Source: Trypanosoma brucei (taxonomy: Eukaryota). From it: a stretch of DNA of 64,000 nucleotides. Each line of letters starts with the position of its first letter. The stretch's first letter is position 1. Below, piece after piece: positions 21,094 to 30,335 of the stretch. A model generated the notes under the pieces. That model was not told the DNA's origin, did not search any database, and saw nothing but the letters and a program-made list of their open reading frames with translations. The translations under genes were made by a program, and so were the position numbers. Where the stretch lies: assembly GCA_000002445.1 (NCBI GenBank), contig CH464491.1, forward strand, positions 3,104,001 to 3,168,000, written 5' to 3'.

Positions 21094-21672
21094 CAGGTTA
21101 TATCCCCTGACCTCTGATCCCGTGAGAGGTGAGCGTGCAAAGTACAAGGGGAATCTTCTGCAGCATGCATACAGGTGCTCGTTGAGTGTTGAGAATCTTT
21201 TCGAAAGCGCGGCACGAAGTGAAGGCTTCTGATCGGTTGTTGTTAACTTTCCTCACGCTTGTGAGTACAGACCCACACTTTCTCCTTAAGATCATTTTTG
21301 TACCCCCTTTTTATTCATTCACTGGTTGGGGAACTCTTCAGATAGATCCCGCTATCTTCAAAGCCTAAAGTTAAAGGGGCTTGATCATAGAGAGTGGGTA
21401 GCAGATCGTGAATGCAGGCTAGAAGAACGAGGAAGTTTCCCTCTTCTTCTGCATCGCAAGCGGATTGATTTGGTAGATAGCGGTTCATTGTTAAAGTTTC
21501 TAGCTTTGCCACTTTGTGGTCGAAGAAATTTTGAACATTTTGCTGTGTACTGCTCCCCCCGAAAATAAGTGTATATTTCCTTGTTGCCTTACGTCGGTGA
21601 CTGCTCGTACATTATTTTATTTTATTTTACTTGTCTATGGTTACTGTTTACGACACCACTGTCACCTAAAGT

Positions 21673-24129
21673 GTGAGACGGCGCAGCAGACCGCGGGCAC
21701 TGCACTTGTGGTCAGTATTGACTAATAAAGTAAATATCAGCCGAGCAAAAAGGCATCATACGGCAAGGGTAGGTCCAAACACATACACGCGTCTTCTGCA
21801 TATGTTGCGGCTCGTGCTGACGCTGCTAGCGAAGAAGAAGGTGCCACCTCCGCCAAAGCGGGGGCGACCCGCGACCCCCCAGCGAGGGAAGTCGAAGTTA
21901 GTTCCAAAGGGGCGCTCACCGTCGTTGACCCGAAAAGTGACACCGAAGGTCGTCAGCCGTCAGTCGCCTGCGAAAAAGAGCACGATCAAGGTATCCACTG
22001 CGAGGGTTAGCCGTAGGAGCGATAATAAAGGTAGGGGGAGCAAACTGATCGACGATGTGGACAGCTTTCCCGTGGCGGCTGCCGTGGAGCATGCGCCCGC
22101 CGTCGTCCCGTCAGTTGAGGTTGCAGCTACATCCACCGCGATGACGGTGACTAGAAAACCACACTACTCTCTCGCCACAGCTGTTTCAACTGTTATTGTC
22201 CCTCCCTGCGCGAACGCCGTGCTGGAGACGATGAAACAGACGCTCTCACCTTCCGTGAGATCTCCAAGTGAGGCTGGTGTCGACCTCTGCGGTGATGGGA
22301 GCGGTGTCGAGCAGGGCGGGGAGCCACCGTCACAAATGGAAGAATTTTACACGCCAAAGAAAGGACCTCTCTTTGCCACCGCTGTCATTGCCGGCACTAA
22401 TGCGGTTAAACAAACCAGTCAATTGATCCCCTTCTGCCACCCAGCGCGCATACACAAGTGCTCCTTTACCTTTAGGCGGCGCGTGCTTGGCGGCCTTACA
22501 CGCATTTCCTCCCTTCCTCATCGTGTTGTTTTGAGGAAAAGAGCAACACCTTCCCCTCATTCGAGCCGCAACCGTCCTGAGTGCAGCGTTATTTACTGCT
22601 TTTGTACGGTGGCAACAGATGATGAGACACGTTCCGGGGTAGAAATGGAGGCACTAGCTGGAGCAACGATGGCAGCACTCACAATGTACGACATGCTGCG
22701 CGCCCTTCCGTCTGCGCAGGAAGATGGAATCAGCGTTGGCGAAGCCTTTGTGCTGGCAAAGAGAGGTTCCCGTGGGGACTTTACGAAGCTCCTCGTATCT
22801 GAGCTTCCAGCGGAGGACTCGGCTGGTGCCATGGGCGAGGTAAGAAGAGCGGCATTAACCACAGGACGGGAGGATAACGCAAGTGAGGACAATTTCACAT
22901 ACGCTGATGACTATGAAAATCTAAGTGGTGGGGAAGGGCTGGAAACTGGAGTGGAGGAACACAGGAAAGTTGGAACTCTACAAACCTCCGGGTCGCGATG
23001 CGGAGGGTTAGACGATGGAGAGCACCAGTCAGAAGAATTCCACGGCGCTGCAGATGCCATTGATGGTGATGCTGCGAGGCGGGAGCGTCAGCGTGAGCGT
23101 GATGCAATTCTTGGTGAGGCAGAGGAAATGGAGGCGGAAGGGAGTGTTACCAACCCGGAAGAAGAGGAAAGGGCAATGCCGGAAGAGGCTGCCACTCTGA
23201 TAGATCGGAGCGCTTGGTGGAGGTCCACCGCACGGGATCGGAGACTGCAACATTTGCAGCAAAATATGAGACATGAAGGGAACTCAAATCGGTCGGCACC
23301 TCAGGCTCCGGCACACAAGTCACCGGAGGTGAGGCCACCGATGCAGAAGGATGCGATGAAGAAGTTAGGTGTGAAAAACAAACCTCAGGAGTTGCCGTTT
23401 CAAAGGCCAAAGATTATACCGGTGAGTAAAAAATCTGTGAAGCTTGTGGATAAGAATGGTGGTATCGCTGTTCCGAAGGGGCAGCGCGTAGTTGTGGTGG
23501 AGGACGAGTATTATGAGGAGAATGGGGATGAAGCACACGCCGACGATGAGATTTACGGTGGTGATGATAGTGAATATGAGGAACTTTACAACGACGATGA
23601 TGCTTTGGGGGACGAAACTGCATTGGAGTCCGAGGCGCAGCATAAGAAGTTGCTGAGGTACAAAAGTGGTGAGTCTGTTAGAGCGCAGACCACATCCAGG
23701 GGTGCCGTCAGCGTCCACAAGAAAGGAAGGGACTACCGTGATAATGACAGCTACAACGACGAGAATGCCAGCGAGGACGGTTTGTTTGAAGAGGAGATGG
23801 AGATGGGTTCACGACAGAAGGTTAAAAAGGGTAAAATAGTTCAGTCATTGCTTTCCCGAAGGGGAAATGCCAGGGCGACCGACGATAGCTACGATCACGA
23901 CAACCAGTCTGTGACATCTCCCAAACACGAATCGTGGGATGCCGAGGAAGCAAAGGAATGGGAAAGCGAAGAGGATGATTGGAGTAATATAAATATGCAC
24001 AATGAAACCGAGAGTGTAGCGAAGGGGCATCTGCACGCCAAAAGGCGTAATCCCCTCCCACTACCGAAGAAAAAGGAGATGAAATTCAAGAAGACTATCA
24101 AACAGAAACAACGCCCTGAGAAACGGTAG
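21673..24129 (+). CDS. Long protein (818 aa) containing a MoaC (cyclic pyranopterin monophosphate synthase accessory protein) domain, between a basic AT-hook-like N-terminal region and a long acidic C-terminal tail
   Basis: Residues ~225-375 align colinearly with bacterial MoaC: [28 protein letters not shown] ~ [52 protein letters not shown] ~ [36 protein letters not shown] ~ VRLLAKSGGKSGDF. The N-terminus has [15 protein letters not shown] (AT-hook-like RGRP). The C-terminal ~430 aa are D/E-rich and low-complexity. Confidence 0.7.
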   Translation: [818 protein letters not shown]

Positions 24130-24589
24130 CGTTCGTGTTTAGATTTACAACGGCAGTTGTGCGCAAGGTCATCTTGCAGTATCGCCAAGGTCACACTGTG
24201 AGCCTCCCGAGAAACTCAGTGGGGCTGCTGCAGTTGTGAAGCAGCAAAATAGAGTAACTCGCAGGTTAGAAGCACAGTGACCACATAGAGTTTCAAACAA
24301 TCATATACTTTTCCCTTCTGCGTCACAGATAGAGGCATGTCGCACAAAGCAGCTACGGAAGTATTTAGTGACGGCGTTGGCACCTGTGTTTGTTCGTGAC
24401 TTTCTGTATCTCCATTGTAAGCATGCTCAGCGCGTTCCTTAGCGATTTTGCAGCATGTCCATACATTGGTGCATATGATGGGGGAAGGGGATGTTTCCCC
24501 ACGTACTACCATTAGACCAAAAAGAGCACATATTTATATCCCGTAATTTGTACGTTAGTAATACATTGAACTTTCGGCCGCTTTGTTGT

Positions 24590-24670
24590 GTGCCTCCCAC
24601 AGCTTCTGTTTTTTTTTCTTTTTTACCCTTCCTCATCAACTGCTTTTTTTTTTTTGGTGCCCTTTCTTTC
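24590..24670 (+). promoter_or_regulatory. Polypyrimidine tract in the intergenic region upstream of msrB
   Basis: cttctgtttttttttcttttttacccttcctcatcaactgcttttttttttttggtgccctttctttcgctc. Confidence 0.4.
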
Positions 24671-24916
24671 GCTCAACTGGGAGACTGATATGTGTGGATT
24701 TTCGCGAAAAAAAAAATCCGGTGGTGTAAAGTGGTGTGGAACTGAGGAGAGAGGGCTTAAGTAAAACCATACCATTAAAAGTTGCACATGCGCAGCAGGA
24801 ACCTGTCCCCGTTTTCTACCTCCACATCGTGGCGGCGAGCACTTTGTATCAGTACAGCGGCTGAAACGCCCTCTTATTTTTCCTGCCTTCTCTTCTATAC
24901 TGTACGGCAGTCATCA

Positions 24917-25339
24917 ATGACACACTGCGCAAGTAAGAAGCAGGCAGATGGATCAAAAGATATTGGAGATGCCGCATGGAGGGAGAAGTTAACCACACAA
25001 GAGTACCGCGTGCTCCGTCAGAAGGCCACGGATCCGCCATTCGGGGCTTACAATACCCATTTTGAAACTGGGACATATCACTGCGCCGGCTGCGGAACAC
25101 TGCTTTATAAATCATCCATGAAGTTTCCCTGTGAGTGCGGCTGGCCAGCGTTCTTTGACTGCGTGCCGTTGGCTGTCCGTGAGGAGCCCGACAGTGATGG
25201 GGTCCGAACGGAAATTTTATGCAATGCGTGTGGAGGGCACTTGGGCCACGTGTTTCGTGGAGAGGGCTTCAATAATCCACCACCTAACGAACGACATTGT
25301 GTGAATGGAACAGCTATTCGTTTTCAATCCGAGAAGTAA
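24917..25339 (+). CDS. msrB: Peptide methionine sulfoxide reductase B (MsrB/SelR)
   Basis: ORF 24782..25339. From Met 24917 there are the two CxxC zinc motifs (YHCAGCGTLLYKSSMKF..CGWPAF and LCNACGGHLGHVFRGEG), the catalytic RHCVNGTAIRF (RYCINS-type) and conserved spacing. A 45-aa N-terminal extension is possible from the upstream ATG. Confidence 0.85.
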   Translation: MTHCASKKQADGSKDIGDAAWREKLTTQEYRVLRQKATDPPFGAYNTHFETGTYHCAGCGTLLYKSSMKFPCECGWPAFFDCVPLAVREEPDSDGVRTEILCNACGGHLGHVFRGEGFNNPPPNERHCVNGTAIRFQSEK

Positions 25340-26071
25340 TATGTGTTTTAGAACCCCATACCACCTGACGTACGTGCAAAAAAAAAAAAGAAAAAGAAAA
25401 GTAATATCGCAACATGTTGTTCCTCTTATTGTTATTATTTCTTTTTGCACTAAACCCTCTTCACTACATGCTTTGGTTGCGTCTGCTTTGACTGACTCTT
25501 TTTTTTTCCCCCCTTTGTCCACTATTTTTCGACGCCTTATTGCCGGTTAGGGTCACACTGGCGGTTAAGGGAAGTGGTGGAAATGGAACGGGAGGGAGTT
25601 CCCGAAAGGAACGTAGAGATAAATAAAGGTGGGATGGGGAATTAGTATTAGTCGATGATTTGTCACAAACTAAGCCGGCGTACATTTCCTCATGTGGTTC
25701 AACTGTTCAACGCGCTACTCGATAATTTTTCAAAGCGTTAGTGTAACCCGCTCTCTAAAACTGCCACTTCTCTTTTTCTTCGGTATTTTCGCACTCCCAC
25801 TCTCAGCTTCACACACTAACCCCCAGCGCTTGTGGAGTTGCTCACCCAGGACCTGAAGGAGGGGGCAAAGGAGCAAAGGTAAAAGATAGACAAGGGTTAT
25901 TTTAAACAACCTCATAAACAAACTTGTTTTTTTTTTAAGAAAAAAAAAGTGTCACTATCCCGCACTTTCTTACCTTATCCGTTTCGTCGCCCGCGCGGGG
26001 GTGGTGTGCACTTGCTTAACTTTCTTTTCCTTTAAGAGGGGAGCGGTTTAAAGTGGTCACGCGACCAACAG

Positions 26072-26992
26072 ATGAGCGACTTAAACGCCATGATAGAAAC
26101 TTTGTATGCCGGCCGCCTAATTACAGAGAGGCAGGTGGTGCAATTGTGTGACTGGTGCAAAGACATCTTCCTGGAGGAAGGTAATGTTGACGTGGTGTTT
26201 GCACCGGTTACCCTTTGCGGGGACATTCACGGTCAGTTCTTTGATTTGTTGGAATTATTTCGTCACGGCGGGCGTGTGCCGGACACAAGTTATGTCTTCA
26301 TGGGCGACTACGTGGACCGCGGTTACCATAGTGTTGAGACGCTTATATTGCTTCTTCTCTTGAAGGTCAGATATCCTGACCGCATCACACTCTTACGTGG
26401 AAATCACGAGTCTCGGCAGATCACGCAGGTGTACGGATTCTACGATGAATGTTATCGCAAGTTTGGTAGTGCGACTGTTTGGCGCCTGTGCACGGACCTG
26501 TTTGACTACATGCCACTTTCGGCGGTTGTGGAGGGCAGTGTTTTTTGTGTGCATGGCGGTCTCAGCCCACATATCGCCACATTAGACGAAATACGGGCAC
26601 TAGACCGCAAGCAGGAAGTGCCACATGACGGTCCAATGAGTGACCTCCTTTGGTCTGACCCAGACGAGATGGAGGGTTGGGGTGTTAGTCCACGCGGCGC
26701 TGGTTTCATCTTTGGTGGTGATGTGGCTAAAACATTCAATCACAAGAACGGCCTGAGCCTTATAGCTCGTGCACATCAACTCGTTTTTGAGGGATACAAA
26801 TCGATGTTCGACGATAACTGCTGCACTGTGTGGTCAGCACCCAACTACTGCTACCGTTGTGGCAACGTCGGATCCATCATGCGCATAGGTGAGCAGTCAC
26901 TGACGGACCGAAGCTTCATCACATTTGGCGCTGCTTCCGCTGAAACCCGTGGCCACCTGACGAAACAAACGCCACCGGAGTATTTCCTATAA
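26072..26992 (+). CDS. PP2AC: Serine/threonine protein phosphatase 2A catalytic subunit (PPP family)
   Basis: 306 aa with the full PPP signature: [51 protein letters not shown], and a C-terminus ...TPPEYFL matching the PP2Ac TPDYFL tail. Near-colinear with human PP2Ac. Confidence 0.9.
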   Translation: MSDLNAMIETLYAGRLITERQVVQLCDWCKDIFLEEGNVDVVFAPVTLCGDIHGQFFDLLELFRHGGRVPDTSYVFMGDYVDRGYHSVETLILLLLLKVRYPDRITLLRGNHESRQITQVYGFYDECYRKFGSATVWRLCTDLFDYMPLSAVVEGSVFCVHGGLSPHIATLDEIRALDRKQEVPHDGPMSDLLWSDPDEMEGWGVSPRGAGFIFGGDVAKTFNHKNGLSLIARAHQLVFEGYKSMFDDNCCTVWSAPNYCYRCGNVGSIMRIGEQSLTDRSFITFGAASAETRGHLTKQTPPEYFL

Positions 26993-27531
26993 GCAATGGT
27001 TTCTTTTTTTTTTCTTTTAGGAGTTTTTACGGCAGTGGGCAGAGGTGCTCCGGCAGTGGTGGGCGCTGGGGAGGGAAGGAGTGCGAGGTTTGGGGAGTTT
27101 CAGTGGTGCAAAGGGCGTTTGCCGTCTGCCTTTTTTTTTGTTGGTTATTTCATTCCGCGGCTCGAGTACGGAGGGAGTTGGGCTAGGAACCGGAGAGTAA
27201 AGAAACGCTAAAATGGGTGAGTGACACGTTATTGTGTGTGCGTGAGTGCGCTCTTTTTTATTTTTGCTCGCGCTCTTCAGGGCTCCGTGAAACAACCACA
27301 CTCCGTGCATTCAGCGGGGTACTTTCCCCTTTGTTAATAAAGCAATGTCATACACTACAGTGCGATGTGTCTGAGGGTCTTAACTGCTGATGTTTTCACA
27401 TTGCTCTTACTTAGGCACCGACCGACTGGTTGAGGAATTGCAGAGCAAAAAAAAAAACAAAGCTAAGAAAACTCAGTTACTACTTCTGTCGAAGGGTTGG
27501 GGCGAGTGACTGTGATCACAGATCGATTTCA

Positions 27532-28713
27532 ATGATTCGCCTTCGTTATCGTGCGCGGGAAGTGGCATTCGGGTGGTCGAGGGGACCGGCGCTGTGGTCT
27601 ACGCGGCGGTTGGAATCGATGGGATCCACCTCGTGGCGCGTTCCGTCAACAAACAAAGCTGTGGCGCAGTGGTTGTACGGCTCAGCTGCGGTGGTGGGAT
27701 GCGTTGTTGTAGTTGGTGGTGTCACACGACTCACTGAGAGTGGTCTGAGCATAGTCGACTGGAAGCCGGTGACTGGCGTAAGGCCACCCACCACACAAGA
27801 TGAATGGGAGGAAGAGTTCGCGAAATACCAGAACTTCCCTGAGTTCAAACAAAGAAACACCATGACGCTTGAGGAGTTTAAGTTCATATTCTTTTGGGAG
27901 TGGGCCCACCGGGTGTTAGCGCGCAGCGTGGGAATTGTCTATGGTGTGCCCCTCTTGTACTTTGTTTGCAGGGGCAGATTCAGAGCGCAGCCTGCGCTTT
28001 TGGCCACGCTGAGTGGTATACTTGCACTTGGAGGGGCGCAGGGAGCTATGGGATGGTACATGGTGCGAAGTGGCCTCGACCCTCAGTTACTTGATGAGAG
28101 GCGGAAAGCTAGAGTTTCCACCTACCGACTAGCCGCCCACTTAGTATTGGCCTTCACCATTTACGCCTCTTTGATGCGTGTTGGGTTTGGGCTAAAAATG
28201 CCGCGGATGGCACACTTTCCCGGAAGGACGCGCATTCAGGCTTGCGCTCGCTGTTGCTTTGCGGCGGTGCTTTGCACAGTAATTTCAGGGGCTTTTGTGG
28301 CAGGCCTCGGCGGGGGTCTCATGTACAACGATGAGCTCCCGTGGATGGGTGGCGGCTTCATTCCACCGCGGGACCACCTTATGGTTGTGGAGCCGTGGTG
28401 GCGTAACGCACTGGAGAACCCCGCGGCGGCGCAGACGTGGCACCGTTTGATGGCGGCTGTCAGCACCACCGCCATCATGGCGATGAATGCCACATGTTTT
28501 CGCTACCGTGTTGCCATTCCGCTCAGCGTCTGGAAGAGTGTGGCAGCCGTTAATGCCATGCTAATCGCGCAGGTGTCACTGGGGGTTTGGACTATTGCTT
28601 CTTATGTGGATCTCCCCGTAGCGGTAAGTCACCAACTGGGGTCGCTGCTGCTTCTTACAACAACAATCCGAGTGTGTGCCGTTCTCGGATCTCGAGGGTT
28701 GGTACTTGTGTAA
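27532..28713 (+). CDS. COX15: Heme A synthase COX15 (cytochrome c oxidase assembly)
   Basis: ORF 27430..28713. GGVTRLTESGLSIVDWKPVTGVRPPTTQDEWEEEFAKYQNFPEFKQRNTMTLEEFKFIFFWEWAHRV matches the conserved COX15/CtaA N-terminal block (GGLTRLTESGLSMVDW...PP.S.EEWE.EF..YQQ.PEF...N..MTL.EFK.I...E..HR). There are multiple TM helices with His residues. Start assigned to the Met at 27532. Confidence 0.85.
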   Translation: MIRLRYRAREVAFGWSRGPALWSTRRLESMGSTSWRVPSTNKAVAQWLYGSAAVVGCVVVVGGVTRLTESGLSIVDWKPVTGVRPPTTQDEWEEEFAKYQNFPEFKQRNTMTLEEFKFIFFWEWAHRVLARSVGIVYGVPLLYFVCRGRFRAQPALLATLSGILALGGAQGAMGWYMVRSGLDPQLLDERRKARVSTYRLAAHLVLAFTIYASLMRVGFGLKMPRMAHFPGRTRIQACARCCFAAVLCTVISGAFVAGLGGGLMYNDELPWMGGGFIPPRDHLMVVEPWWRNALENPAAAQTWHRLMAAVSTTAIMAMNATCFRYRVAIPLSVWKSVAAVNAMLIAQVSLGVWTIASYVDLPVAVSHQLGSLLLLTTTIRVCAVLGSRGLVLV

Positions 28714-29369
28714 GGTGACATGCCTCATCTCACATCCACCGAAACATTTATGCGTCAGGCGGCGTCTGCGATGGATTTGAATGTAACCCCCGTTGGTGAT
28801 AATGGGGATTTCTCCATTATTGTTCTCAAAGTTGGAACCAAGGGGAACACCTTCGAAAAGAGGGAAGAAAGTGAAGTAAAAGTATGGCGGGTTAGCTTCA
28901 TCATTTCGTTCCCCTTGCCCCCGTCCTCCGAACCCTCAGCGTAGGGGAAATGGGAGGATGGGGAGATATAACAGTTAAACGCATTTAACTTACATCGGTG
29001 CACTGCGAGAATCATGTACGTGAACCGTGTTATTATTATTTTTTTTTTCTGGTAACGTAGTTGATTTTATTTCCCTTAGCCTTTTCACCGCCACCGCCAC
29101 CGCGCACACACATATGACGTATCGGGTGACGAGGTGCACAAATTCATGAAAGAACACTCATGTGGCATTATCGCATAACAGGTAACCAGGGATCCCTTGT
29201 CCTGAAGTTTCGGCATGGAATGGCCGCGTTTTCTCTGTAACCACCCAACCTGGTGATTCTGATTCCTTCGTCCGTTTGTCACACACCTACCAATAAAACC
29301 AGACTGCATCCTCAGTTGAACCCTTGTGTGGTTTCTATTTAAAAAAAAATAAATAGTAGAAGGTCTGAG

Positions 29370-30335
29370 ATGATGATATGGCTGCAACGCAAAGTGTTCC
29401 TATTAGGGCTCTTTTGTGTCTTGGTGGGTATGATTGCGTGTGTGAATGGCCACGCAAATGCAAGCTGTCCGGAGAGTTGCGATACCGCGGGTCGCTGGTG
29501 CGAAATCCGTTTTAACCGCGGCGGCAGGGTCAGTGTTGGTGAATGTAACGCTTCATCGTTCACATGCGTTTGCAATGATGCCGTGGACATTACCGTAACA
29601 AGAAATGAAGAGTCCTGCTGGTGGAGTGGCTCCTTCGATATGACGAATAATGTGAGTGAAGAAAGCCTGTGTTCAGCAGACACTGCGCAGTGTCCCCAGA
29701 CCTGCCAACAGGCGGGCGAACAGATTACCCGATGCGCGGGGAGTGTATTATGCACCGAGGATGGGGACGGATACATTTTTACCTGCGCCATCTCGGAAGG
29801 GACGATACTCCATATCAATAAAAGTGTATATGGCTGTTTGACAACAATTGTAGAGCCGGAACTCCACTGCAATCCAAAAGTGACTTGTAGTGGTCACGGG
29901 TACTGTGTGAACCCTCACACGCTATCGAACAGTTGCGTTTGCTTCTCAGACCCTATCAACGGCTATTGGGTTGGAGCGAATTGCTCGGAATGCCATGCAG
30001 ACTACGGCCCTGGTGGGGGTAACTGTACCCAACGGACATCAACAATACGGATTATTCTTTCATCGATTGGGAGCACGTGGGCCATGGTGTTGCCCAACAT
30101 GGTGGTGCTCTTTCTATTTGTGGTGCTTGGCCTGATGCGCAGAGAATCGGAATCTGATAGGAGCTTTCAGTCGACCGTGTTGCGTAAAACGGGATTATCA
30201 GCTGTACAGGTGGCGCGGCGCAATCGGTGCGGCCTTTTCAACCCAAAGCTCATCCCCCCACGACCACCACAAAGCCGATGCTTCCTGAACGAAGGGGAAG
30301 GACGAGCGAAGAGGCGGGGCCCCCCCGCTTATTAA
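29370..30335 (+). CDS. Cysteine-rich type-I membrane protein (signal peptide, EGF/laminin-like Cys-rich ectodomain, one TM helix, short cytoplasmic tail)
   Basis: N-terminal hydrophobic MMIWLQRKVFLLGLFCVLVGMIACVNG; many regularly spaced Cys (CSGHGYCVNPHTLSNSCVCFSDPINGYWVGANCSECHADYGPGGGNC); TM segment WAMVLPNMVVLFLFVVLGL followed by a basic tail. Confidence 0.65.
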   Translation: MMIWLQRKVFLLGLFCVLVGMIACVNGHANASCPESCDTAGRWCEIRFNRGGRVSVGECNASSFTCVCNDAVDITVTRNEESCWWSGSFDMTNNVSEESLCSADTAQCPQTCQQAGEQITRCAGSVLCTEDGDGYIFTCAISEGTILHINKSVYGCLTTIVEPELHCNPKVTCSGHGYCVNPHTLSNSCVCFSDPINGYWVGANCSECHADYGPGGGNCTQRTSTIRIILSSIGSTWAMVLPNMVVLFLFVVLGLMRRESESDRSFQSTVLRKTGLSAVQVARRNRCGLFNPKLIPPRPPQSRCFLNEGEGRAKRRGPPAY

